A stretch of 64,000 nucleotides of DNA. Source: a virus. Below are positions 38,665 to 48,004 of the stretch, in pieces. The first letter of the stretch is position 1, and the number at the start of each line of letters is the position of its first letter. Location: IMG/VR virus record IMGVR_UViG_3300044844_000506, positions 32,001 to 96,000 of that record. One strand, written 5' to 3'. The notes beneath the pieces were generated by a model. That model had not been told where the DNA came from and ran no database searches. It saw nothing but the letters and a program-made list of their open reading frames with translations. Position numbers and translations under genes: made by a program.

Positions 38665-41600
38665 TAGTTTTCTACCTCTATGAACGAGAATGATGTTGGA
38701 TATGTTCCATTGTAAGTAGCAGATACCCAACCAGGGTGTTCTCTATAGTTAACTCTGCTTCCACCTGATACCCCATAGGTAGAAGAAGTAATAGAAGCTA
38801 CTCTACTTGCTTTATCATCTGAAATTGTTTTCATATAGTTTAAGCTCTTTAAAAGCAACTCAGGAGAATACTCTTCACTATAATTATTAAGAGTTTTATC
38901 TACTAGATTAACTTCATCAAATAATATGTACTCATTAGAAGAGTTTTGTGGTATCTTAAAGATTTCTATTACATATTTCTGATTTACAGTATGAACTTGA
39001 TTAAAGTTTTTAAAGTAAACTTGAGGAATCTTAATAAGTTGATTGAAGGTGTTAAAAGATACAGTCAAAGTGCTGAACAAGTCAGAAGTTAAATTTTCTA
39101 ATGTTATTCTAGATGCGGTTTGAGCTTCTTTATTATAGCACTGACCTGCATATCCACCAATTAAATCTAAAGGTACTTCTTGTCTTGGTTGATAACTAGT
39201 ATGAATATATTGAAATATTTTACCATAAGTTAGTTTTGTTGGAATAGTAAATAATTCCCATTTATTATTTTTAGTCCAACACCAAACTAATCCATTTTGT
39301 GGTTCGGTATGAATCCAAACTCCTATACCTCCACCACCCATACTATCTCCTGTTTCATATCCAGCAAAATACCTTACATTTAGCTCAAACTCATGTTCAG
39401 GAATTAAAATATTAGATGTAGAACTTAGATGGTATATTAATCTGGGGAAACCGTTTACAGCTTTTTGTTTAACTATAGGATTTTCAATAGGGAAGGGTGA
39501 ATAAGCGGTAGACCTTTCTCTATTGTTAATGTAGTAATATCTAAATTCGTTATCCTGTGAAGCTCCTGAGGTTCCTACAATTTCTACATTATTAATAATG
39601 TCTTTATTTCTATATTCTCTTCCAAACGCTAATCCTGTAGATACAATATAAGTTCCCCAAGTTGCTCCACTTACTTCACTGAGTATACCAGAACCGCTAT
39701 TGTTGTTTATAGCTGATCCTTCATTAAATGAAGATGCAGTTATACTAGGATCTGTAACGGTTATTGCACTTCCAAATTGATCAAACTTAGAGTTATAAAC
39801 TAATGAACCAAAAGTGTGGGAGAAGATATCTTTTCCACCACTAAGATTTAATGAAGCGTAGTTTATGTTGGATCGTCCAAAGAACTTTACCCAATCATTA
39901 TAAATCTTGTGAATTCCTCTTCCAAACTCAAAATCTTCGTATTGAGAGTAAGAAGAAATAGAGAAACTGGAGTTAGCTAAACTTAATGGGACATTCTTAT
40001 AGTAAGTATCTTTTCCATAAGTAGCCCATCCAGCAGAGGTATTAAGATAATCAGTCCAATAATTTATTTCTCTATTATACAATACATCATGTACCAACTC
40101 AAAAATATCATTAGTGTCTTTTCTCATGATGTATCTTACACAACCAGTTGTATCTAATGCACTCAACCCTCTAGAAGGGAATGTAGAACTTACAGACACA
40201 CCACTGTATACAGATGAAGAATTTAAGTTTTCACATTTAGAATAGATATCTGGTATTGAGCTTATTACAGGAATCTCTACGAAGGCATAGGCTGAAGGGA
40301 TGTAGCCCAAGGGAAGATATCCAACATTACTAAGAGAGTGCTCTGTTGTAGAGGGCTGTAGCTGTAGAGGGGCGTTCCAACCAGTTCTTGTATATAACTC
40401 CTCTCTAGGAAGGACATAATGCAATGATCTTCGACGTATGCTATTTCTAGGTAAATTACCTAATCCAACAGACGTAGACATATAAGCATCTGTAAAATTA
40501 TTTACTGCATCTCTTCCAAAGGTTTTTCCGAGAGCAGACATATTTATACCCGATGCATAATAACCTGGAACTAATCCAGATCCAGGATATGTCTCATTAA
40601 TTGCAAAATTAATTTGATTGCACTGAATTTCATCATAATCAGTATAATCATTTTGACCTAATATCAAATTAATATCAGGAATAGAATGTGCAGGAGTAAA
40701 AGTATTTACAGCCCTTACAGCTTCTTGTACGGCTAATGTAGAACTAGTATTTAAAGATCTATTATCAAATGTAAACGATGATGCAAATAAATCTAAATTA
40801 AAGTGGGATGAGTCTGCACTCCACAAACCAACGTAGTCTATTCTACTATTTTCAAATTCTTCTAACAAAGAATCGTAATTAGGTGGAGTTTGTAGTCCTG
40901 AATAGAAAAACAACCATCTATTATCTATATGAGTATAATCTTCAGACTCTAATGTATATGTTAAAATATACTGCTCTAGATCCTCAGCAAAATCTTCTGA
41001 GACACCAAAACAAGAAACTCTATCTATTATTAATCTTACAAGTTCAGAAGTAATTTCTAAATCTTTGTAATAGTTTATTTCTTCAAATGGTGGGATTGGA
41101 AATATTCTGTCTCTATAATTGAATCTAAAGTTAGGATCATTAATATCCCACTGAACATTACCTAGTTTAAATAATTCAGGATATCTTCTAACACAATCAA
41201 GTAATATATGATCTACAGCATAACGTAAGTTTTGATCTATACTCTTAGTAGAGTAATCGTTTACTCCTAAAGATCTAGCTAATTCAGGAGTCCAAGTATC
41301 AAAACTCTTAAATAGTGGAGAAGCAGTAGCTAAGGCATAGTAGATTAAGTTTGGTATGTAAGATTCATGAAGTTCTAAAATACTTCCAGAAAGGTTCATG
41401 AAACTTTCAGAGAAGATAGAATCAATAGCTAACTGTAAAGATCTTTTGGTTCCCTTAGCTTTGTATATACTTACAGCGTTTCTAAGCTGTAGTCTCCATC
41501 TATTAGGATCATAACCAAAAAGGTGCCACCCTAAAATCTCTGCTAAGTAAGGTAAATATTCATCAGGGCACTTATCAATATCATAAAGTGTTTCTAACTT

Positions 41601-42473
41601 AGCTAATTCATTGTCTACATCATGCTGTAAGTATGATACAGCTTTTAAAAACTTATAAAGAGGTCCACGACTTTCTAAACTGTCTAATAATGAGTTTGCT
41701 GAATTATAATCTGCGAAAGCATCTTTTATATATGTGCTCTTTTCACTCAAATAATCATCAGAATAAACTACGTCGGTTAGAGTTAGTAATTTGTCAAGCT
41801 GCTGAGTTCCACTTGTATATGTCGTAGTTCCAGACAAGAATGAAGCCGGAACTAAACCAAGATTTTGAAATGTAGTACAAGTGTTGTAGTTTCTCCACAG
41901 GTAAGTCTCTAATCCTTTTATTCCATCTTTTAGTGTTAGAGTATTTCCATAATAAAGTTCAGTTAGTTTATCTAGGACGTAAGAAGAAGGTGAATAATTA
42001 GTAGAACTAAAATTTAAAAAGTAGAACCATCCGAGTCTATCAATTAAATATTCATGAGTTTTAGATGCTGTATTCTGTAAACCCGCTGAAGGATAGTTTA
42101 ATCTAATTGAAGGTAAAAAGGTGCCGCTTAAGTACGATTTAAAGGTCGTACTGGTAGCGAAGTTCCCAAAGTTTTGCCCAAGCGGCACCAGGATTTCATC
42201 CTCAAAACCAAAAGGAGTAATATGAGTTAAATTGTTTTGAGGAATAAAGAAAGGACTAATACCTGACAAGGTATTAATTGAAGGGTAATTAGTCGTAGCT
42301 GAAACATTTATTATACTTGAAATATTTTTAGCTAACAACAGGTGAGTATTAAGTAATTGATCTTCTAACTTTACACTGACCCCAGAAGAAATTATTTCAT
42401 CATCCAAGTAAAATCTTGGAGTTAAGATTTCAAAAACTTCTGCTTTATTGTGTTTGAAATAATTTTGAGTCAT
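38664..42473 (-). CDS. Baseplate wedge protein (gp7 / P2 gpI-like)
   Basis: DIDKCPDEYLPYLAEILGW..YKAKGT, PAH. Confidence 0.8.
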   Translation of the reverse strand: MTQNYFKHNKAEVFEILTPRFYLDDEIISSGVSVKLEDQLLNTHLLLAKNISSIINVSATTNYPSINTLSGISPFFIPQNNLTHITPFGFEDEILVPLGQNFGNFATSTTFKSYLSGTFLPSIRLNYPSAGLQNTASKTHEYLIDRLGWFYFLNFSSTNYSPSSYVLDKLTELYYGNTLTLKDGIKGLETYLWRNYNTCTTFQNLGLVPASFLSGTTTYTSGTQQLDKLLTLTDVVYSDDYLSEKSTYIKDAFADYNSANSLLDSLESRGPLYKFLKAVSYLQHDVDNELAKLETLYDIDKCPDEYLPYLAEILGWHLFGYDPNRWRLQLRNAVSIYKAKGTKRSLQLAIDSIFSESFMNLSGSILELHESYIPNLIYYALATASPLFKSFDTWTPELARSLGVNDYSTKSIDQNLRYAVDHILLDCVRRYPELFKLGNVQWDINDPNFRFNYRDRIFPIPPFEEINYYKDLEITSELVRLIIDRVSCFGVSEDFAEDLEQYILTYTLESEDYTHIDNRWLFFYSGLQTPPNYDSLLEEFENSRIDYVGLWSADSSHFNLDLFASSFTFDNRSLNTSSTLAVQEAVRAVNTFTPAHSIPDINLILGQNDYTDYDEIQCNQINFAINETYPGSGLVPGYYASGINMSALGKTFGRDAVNNFTDAYMSTSVGLGNLPRNSIRRRSLHYVLPREELYTRTGWNAPLQLQPSTTEHSLSNVGYLPLGYIPSAYAFVEIPVISSIPDIYSKCENLNSSSVYSGVSVSSTFPSRGLSALDTTGCVRYIMRKDTNDIFELVHDVLYNREINYWTDYLNTSAGWATYGKDTYYKNVPLSLANSSFSISSYSQYEDFEFGRGIHKIYNDWVKFFGRSNINYASLNLSGGKDIFSHTFGSLVYNSKFDQFGSAITVTDPSITASSFNEGSAINNNSGSGILSEVSGATWGTYIVSTGLAFGREYRNKDIINNVEIVGTSGASQDNEFRYYYINNRERSTAYSPFPIENPIVKQKAVNGFPRLIYHLSSTSNILIPEHEFELNVRYFAGYETGDSMGGGGIGVWIHTEPQNGLVWCWTKNNKWELFTIPTKLTYGKIFQYIHTSYQPRQEVPLDLIGGYAGQCYNKEAQTASRITLENLTSDLFSTLTVSFNTFNQLIKIPQVYFKNFNQVHTVNQKYVIEIFKIPQNSSNEYILFDEVNLVDKTLNNYSEEYSPELLLKSLNYMKTISDDKASRVASITSSTYGVSGGSRVNYREHPGWVSATYNGTYPTSFSFIEVEN

Positions 42474-44047
42474 TAGACAAATAGCATATTAATTGTAAAG
42501 TTATTTAGTTGAATAATTTCATTCATTTCGACAACTACATCAGAATCTAAATTATCCACAGTGGCGTATCTTACTTCATCAAGTTTAAATATTGCTCTAT
42601 TTAATTCAGAAATAACTAAAGTTTTACCAAAATCAAAGTTATCTACATTGAAAAACTTAAATAGTTCCTGCTGAATCTTACCTTTAATAACTTCTTCTTT
42701 AGGCTTTAGTTCTTTATCTATTCTAACAGTCATAATGAGATCTAAAGTTCTTATTAGACCATCAACAATTACAACCTTTGTGTTCATGAGCCTCTTAGGT
42801 TCAATTGCTTGTAATAGATTCAATTTAAAAGCTGTAGTAGCTTGTTGAAGTTGAGTATTGGATGCTTTTTGAAGAAGATAGATATCTACTATATTTGCGG
42901 AACCATGTGCAGTTCTAGTAACCGCTCTTGCTTTTCCTGTAGCTCCTGTAGAAGTAACATAAGTGTTTGCAAAAGAAGTAAAGTCTTCTAAAGTTACAAG
43001 ACGATCCTGTTGTTTAAAAGTATATGGAGCATATTTCTTTGCGTGTTCTACAGTCTCCGCATCTTGACCACCAGTAGCAATAGATATATTCTCGACTACA
43101 GCGGTGTAGCCTTCTGTTATATTTACTGAAGTGTTAATCGCTTCTGATTGTAGATTACCTCTGGATCCACCACCTACTCTATAAGTTACTACATATCCAG
43201 TATTTATTCCTGGAGAACTTCCCAATACTCCATCACCAAAGTTTACTGTTGCAGTTAGATCATCATTATAAACTACTTCAAAGATTTGATCCCCTGCACC
43301 AGAAGCAAATAATAAGCTATCAACAAATCTCCATGCTCCAGATACCGAAACACCATCAGTGACGTATACCTGAACGCTATTTTGTATTACTGGAGTCTGT
43401 GATAATTGAATTCTCTTGATAGTCTGTGAATCTGTAAAAGATCCACTTTCTACGATTAAAGATCCTTCTAAATAAGCTAAATTAGTCCATACAGAACTTG
43501 TAGAAGAATCACTTTCAGAAACTCCTAAACTTAAAGATGCATTTGAATTAAGATCTGCTATCTGACCATTTACAACTTTATATAATGTAAAGTTTAGTGG
43601 TCCTCCATCTTCAGGAGAAGCAATAGTAACAGTTCTTTGACTAGCAGGTACAGTAATTGTGGCAACTGTTGCTGGAGTATTTAATGTTAGCTTTGCATTG
43701 GCAGAAGAACCTATTGGTCCTTTCATATTTACACCAATGAGTTGTAAAAGTTTACGAACATTATTTCTATTCTTAGCAGTTTTTAAGAATGCTTCTTGAG
43801 CTAACATATCTGCCTTTAAAGAGTTTACAGCAGCACAGTATGCTACAACTTCTACTAACATCATTCCTAAATCTGACTCTACAAAGTTTTGATACTCTAA
43901 AGGGTAAACAGCTTTAATATATTCAATAAGTCTATTTCTAAAAGTTAAAAAGTCTGTAGCAGCAAAATCAATAAAATCAGCCTTCTTGCCATCTGGAATA
44001 TTAACTAATTTTAAATAATCTGATGTTACTTGTCCTGTGAATACCAT
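42473..44047 (-). CDS. gp6: Baseplate wedge subunit (T4 gp6 / P2 gpJ-like)
   Basis: DFAATDF, EAFLKTA, FGDG, YRVGGG..GN, GGQDAET, QDRLVTLEDF. Confidence 0.92.
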   Translation of the reverse strand: MVFTGQVTSDYLKLVNIPDGKKADFIDFAATDFLTFRNRLIEYIKAVYPLEYQNFVESDLGMMLVEVVAYCAAVNSLKADMLAQEAFLKTAKNRNNVRKLLQLIGVNMKGPIGSSANAKLTLNTPATVATITVPASQRTVTIASPEDGGPLNFTLYKVVNGQIADLNSNASLSLGVSESDSSTSSVWTNLAYLEGSLIVESGSFTDSQTIKRIQLSQTPVIQNSVQVYVTDGVSVSGAWRFVDSLLFASGAGDQIFEVVYNDDLTATVNFGDGVLGSSPGINTGYVVTYRVGGGSRGNLQSEAINTSVNITEGYTAVVENISIATGGQDAETVEHAKKYAPYTFKQQDRLVTLEDFTSFANTYVTSTGATGKARAVTRTAHGSANIVDIYLLQKASNTQLQQATTAFKLNLLQAIEPKRLMNTKVVIVDGLIRTLDLIMTVRIDKELKPKEEVIKGKIQQELFKFFNVDNFDFGKTLVISELNRAIFKLDEVRYATVDNLDSDVVVEMNEIIQLNNFTINMLFV

Positions 44048-44049
44048 TG

Positions 44050-44496
44050 TTATCCTATTCTAACTGTAGTTTCAATTAAACTCTCTGGAGACTCTTTTAA
44101 TCTTACAACTAATGTAATTACGATTGCAGATATACCCTCTAAACTTACTGTATCCGAATTAATAACTTTTAATTTCATTATCTCTACAGAAGGAGCATAA
44201 CGAGTTATTGAAGTTATTATTTCTTCTTTTATAGCTCTAAATGTTTCTTCATCTAAAGGCTGAAATAAAAATTTCTTTAAGTTACACCCGTAGTTTGGTA
44301 ACATAACTCTTTCACCTCGTTCAGTTTTAAGTATTTGAGTTAAATTACCCCTAACTAAAGCTGTTCCCGTTTGTTTAGAAAAATAACCTCTTCCACCACC
44401 AATAGGGTATTTTAAACCATAGACTTTATTGTCTATGACTTTAATATCATTTTTAATAGTATTGGAAGATGATTTTCCGTATATTGAAATAGCCAT
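44050..44496 (-). CDS. gp25: Baseplate sheath initiator (T4 gp25-like)
   Basis: ILKTERGERVMLPNYGCNL..LFQP. Confidence 0.93.
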   Translation of the reverse strand: MAISIYGKSSSNTIKNDIKVIDNKVYGLKYPIGGGRGYFSKQTGTALVRGNLTQILKTERGERVMLPNYGCNLKKFLFQPLDEETFRAIKEEIITSITRYAPSVEIMKLKVINSDTVSLEGISAIVITLVVRLKESPESLIETTVRIG

Positions 44497-47108
44497 TAGA
44501 TTTGTATATTCTTAAAGAATGGAGATTGATTACGATAATTATAATCTACCTCATTACTATCTAGTGCTCTAGAATAGAATTTAAAACTACCGACGAATCC
44601 CTTTAATCCACTTTCTATTCCCGAATCAGCACCCATGAAGCCACCTAAATTAACCGCTCCATCAGTAAATCCAGAGCCTATAATCCAAGGTGTAAAGCTG
44701 CTAACAGTAGGGCCATCTTCAAATATACTTAGTCCTGTGGAACTTAAACTATATTCAAAACTGTTACTTTGAACAAACGAGGGTATCTTGGGTGCTGTAA
44801 ATGATTCTACGCCAAAGACCTCTGGAATGCTAGAAGTAGTCATCAACACTCCATCAAGATAAATCTTTACTGAGTTATCTAATGGAGCAGTTACTACTGC
44901 AACATGAACGAATGCTCCAGAAGCATCTCCAAATTTTTTGCCACTAACTTCATAAGTTAGTGGAACTGAGCATTTAAGGGTTTTATATGTTGGAGATGCA
45001 CAATCTACTGTTATAGTATCTCGTATAAAACCAACATCGGATCCGTTTATAGATCTGGTAGGAGCAATATAGAAATGTATACCAGATGCTTCAACAGGAT
45101 TAGATTCATTAGTTGAATCTGGAGTTAAATTATTAACTATCTGACGATCTCTTGTAAAACCACAAACCAAACCACGAACGGTTTCTACTCCATAATCGAC
45201 TTGAGCATAAGTTGGATTTAAGTTCTGATTTATTCCGCCTGTGTTTTCACACCCAAATACAATTCTATGTAAAGTTGATGTACCCCAATAAGAGTCATAA
45301 TATGTATTAAGTGTTGACGCTAAAAGATTTGGCATATGAACCCAAAAATCTACTGTACACCCCTCTTTTCTGTAGAATAGATCTTGGTATTCTTTTACTT
45401 CTGGCAATTTAATTACAGATCCTAATCCATCTGGAGTATCTGTATCGTTATTTATTGTTACCATTCCCTTCAAATACGGAATGCCTAGTCCACTAATAAA
45501 AACATCTTGTGGTGAGTTAGCATATAGCTGTGCTGCTTTGTCTTTATTTGTTTTTGAAATACAGTTTAGTGTCGTATAAACATCTGAACCAGGAGTTGTA
45601 ACATCTGATTCTAAGAAGTTATAAATTGCTATTAGATCTTTTGTTATTACTGAATCAGTCAAGCTGAGAACATTTCCTGAAGTGTTTTGACCTCCATATA
45701 TTATAGATCCAGCACCAACTGGAGGAACAACTAAGTGATCTAAGGTTGCCACAGCTTGACCTTCTGCTGCTTTTACAAACTTAGGATTTAAAGGTAAAAC
45801 AACCCCCGAAACCTCTGCCTGTTTGAAAACTAATCTTCTCTGATTTTCGTATGCTACAGCTAAGTTAAGATTAGAAAGATAAGAAAAGTCATTAATAGGG
45901 ATTTGACCAAATTCAAAAACTTTTCTAGCTCCAACTAATGTAGGAGCCTTTACTGCAACCTCTATTTGTTTTTTTCTTTTGTTAATCTTCTTATTATGTT
46001 GAGAAGCAACAGATTGAATTTGCTGTTTGGTATTTATTACCATAGCAGAATCTTCTGTATAACCTTGACTAATTAGTTCACTTATTTTTTTAGAAATGGA
46101 ATCTAAATTTCTATGCTTTTGTCCAAGTAGAACTTGTAAAAAGTGATCTGCTTCGTAATGTTTTTGTAACTCTAAACTATCATCTACTACGTCTGGATCA
46201 AAAATGGTATCAATATATTTGTTTAGATCTTCTAAAGATACCATTTCACCTTTACCACCTAAGTTGGCATTATACTCAAACTTATATTTATCAGGTATAG
46301 AGAGGACACCTGATACGGTAGGTAATCCACCTGTTTGTGAATCATAGTATAATCCATCAACTGAGAAAAGAAACTGACCCGATTTAGATTTTGGTGGACC
46401 AAACACTAATCTAAATACTGGCTCTTCAACTACAGAGCTAGTAGATACACCTGATGTAGTATTAAATACTGGTTCTAAACTTGGATTCTTAATTCTCTCT
46501 ACTAGGATTGAACCAATATCATTTAGAACTCTGTCAGCCTTAGCTATGAACTCTCTAGCCTCTCTTGCTTGAGCTATTTCTACTTCATACCTAGCTAATA
46601 CTTCGGCTGTAGATCTTTTAGAGCTAGATGGCCCTTTTTGTAAATCAAGATATAATTTATAAGAATCTAAACAGTCTTTTACCCCATTTAATATATTAGC
46701 AGCATTTTGATAGTTAGTGTATAACTGAGTACCAACTCCAAGTGCAAATCCTACTGCATCACTAATTTGACCAAAAGTTCCTGCTGCGTTATTTAGGTTA
46801 TTGTCTAATTTATTTTTAGACGAGTCTGAAAATAATCTGAATGATCCATTCTCTAAATCTATCTCTATGATGCCTGAATCTAATCTAACTTTATTTGCTA
46901 AATAAGCAATAGCATTATTAGCAGCTTGCTTACCTTCCTTGATTGAGTCTGCAAATGACCCTAATGCGCCTGTTGGAAGCAAGTTTAGAACATCTTTAGA
47001 TATAGACAGTAAACATTCAGGAACTCCGAATGCCATTCCTAAAGAATCTACAGGAGAGTTCCCTATACCTAGAGATCGTACCGCAGTGTCTAAATCAAAT
47101 ACGCCCAT
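44496..47108 (-). CDS. Structural protein with C-terminal LamG/concanavalin-like domain
   Basis: TVDFWV, HVAVV, KIYLDG, FKFYSRAL..EV..NY. Confidence 0.75.
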   Translation of the reverse strand: MGVFDLDTAVRSLGIGNSPVDSLGMAFGVPECLLSISKDVLNLLPTGALGSFADSIKEGKQAANNAIAYLANKVRLDSGIIEIDLENGSFRLFSDSSKNKLDNNLNNAAGTFGQISDAVGFALGVGTQLYTNYQNAANILNGVKDCLDSYKLYLDLQKGPSSSKRSTAEVLARYEVEIAQAREAREFIAKADRVLNDIGSILVERIKNPSLEPVFNTTSGVSTSSVVEEPVFRLVFGPPKSKSGQFLFSVDGLYYDSQTGGLPTVSGVLSIPDKYKFEYNANLGGKGEMVSLEDLNKYIDTIFDPDVVDDSLELQKHYEADHFLQVLLGQKHRNLDSISKKISELISQGYTEDSAMVINTKQQIQSVASQHNKKINKRKKQIEVAVKAPTLVGARKVFEFGQIPINDFSYLSNLNLAVAYENQRRLVFKQAEVSGVVLPLNPKFVKAAEGQAVATLDHLVVPPVGAGSIIYGGQNTSGNVLSLTDSVITKDLIAIYNFLESDVTTPGSDVYTTLNCISKTNKDKAAQLYANSPQDVFISGLGIPYLKGMVTINNDTDTPDGLGSVIKLPEVKEYQDLFYRKEGCTVDFWVHMPNLLASTLNTYYDSYWGTSTLHRIVFGCENTGGINQNLNPTYAQVDYGVETVRGLVCGFTRDRQIVNNLTPDSTNESNPVEASGIHFYIAPTRSINGSDVGFIRDTITVDCASPTYKTLKCSVPLTYEVSGKKFGDASGAFVHVAVVTAPLDNSVKIYLDGVLMTTSSIPEVFGVESFTAPKIPSFVQSNSFEYSLSSTGLSIFEDGPTVSSFTPWIIGSGFTDGAVNLGGFMGADSGIESGLKGFVGSFKFYSRALDSNEVDYNYRNQSPFFKNIQI

Positions 47109-47109
47109 T

Positions 47110-48003
47110 TTAGTTTAAATAAATTTTAGATCCTGTTATTTTAATATCAGCTTCAGAGGATATATTTACACCTTTGTCGCCAATGATATCTACTGTTCCA
47201 GATGACTTTAGCACAATATGACCGTTAGATCCTTGTGCCTCTAAGTATATAGTGCCTGTGTTATCTTTAACAGTTAAGTTAATATCGCCTGTATTGGATG
47301 TAATATTTATATTTCCAGGAGTAGAATCATTAGGCCCAGATCTTTGCGCTCCAGTAGATTCATTAATTATATTAATTTCTGTGCCATCTAATACAGTTAA
47401 ATTCATTCTACCTTTTCTAGCAATTAAGTCTATAGAGCCATTACATTCTACTAATGCACTTCTTGCTCCTATTGAACTGTCTTCAGGTTTAACATCAGCA
47501 GATATTTTAAGTCCATCCCCGTGTTCATTAGTTAAAATAACACAGTCAATTTTAGGGCTATCATTTAAACTTAATTTTTTACCAGCAGCAGAAATAACTT
47601 CGGCTTTTGTATTAAAGAATTTCTCATTATACTCCGCAGATAGAACTATCTTGTTTTGACTCTCATCGCTCATTGATACGCGCATGGGAGAGCCTCTAGC
47701 TCTATATAATTGATTGTCTGGCAATCCTTTGTTCTTGGTTACTGTATCTGGATTGGATAGAGAAGCCGACATTGGAGGTGCGGTAGTAGTACACAAGTAA
47801 TGCCACTGGTTATCATTATCTGGTAAACATATTAAAACTCTAGATTTATTTGGCGGTATTGCTAATAAACCATTAAACTTACCAAGATAAGGAGAGGTAT
47901 AATAAACTTGATAAATGTTATCTGAATTATCATCTCTGACCCAGAGTAATCCTGTTTTTGTAATATCTGAGTTATTTTCTACTACTGCAATTTTTATATC
48001 CAT
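47110..48003 (-). CDS. Baseplate central spike (gp5 / gpV / VgrG-like, no lysozyme domain)
   Basis: OB-fold IPP..SRVLI, beta-helix repeats, C-terminal KIYLN. Confidence 0.75.
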   Translation of the reverse strand: MDIKIAVVENNSDITKTGLLWVRDDNSDNIYQVYYTSPYLGKFNGLLAIPPNKSRVLICLPDNDNQWHYLCTTTAPPMSASLSNPDTVTKNKGLPDNQLYRARGSPMRVSMSDESQNKIVLSAEYNEKFFNTKAEVISAAGKKLSLNDSPKIDCVILTNEHGDGLKISADVKPEDSSIGARSALVECNGSIDLIARKGRMNLTVLDGTEINIINESTGAQRSGPNDSTPGNINITSNTGDINLTVKDNTGTIYLEAQGSNGHIVLKSSGTVDIIGDKGVNISSEADIKITGSKIYLN

Positions 48004-48004
48004 A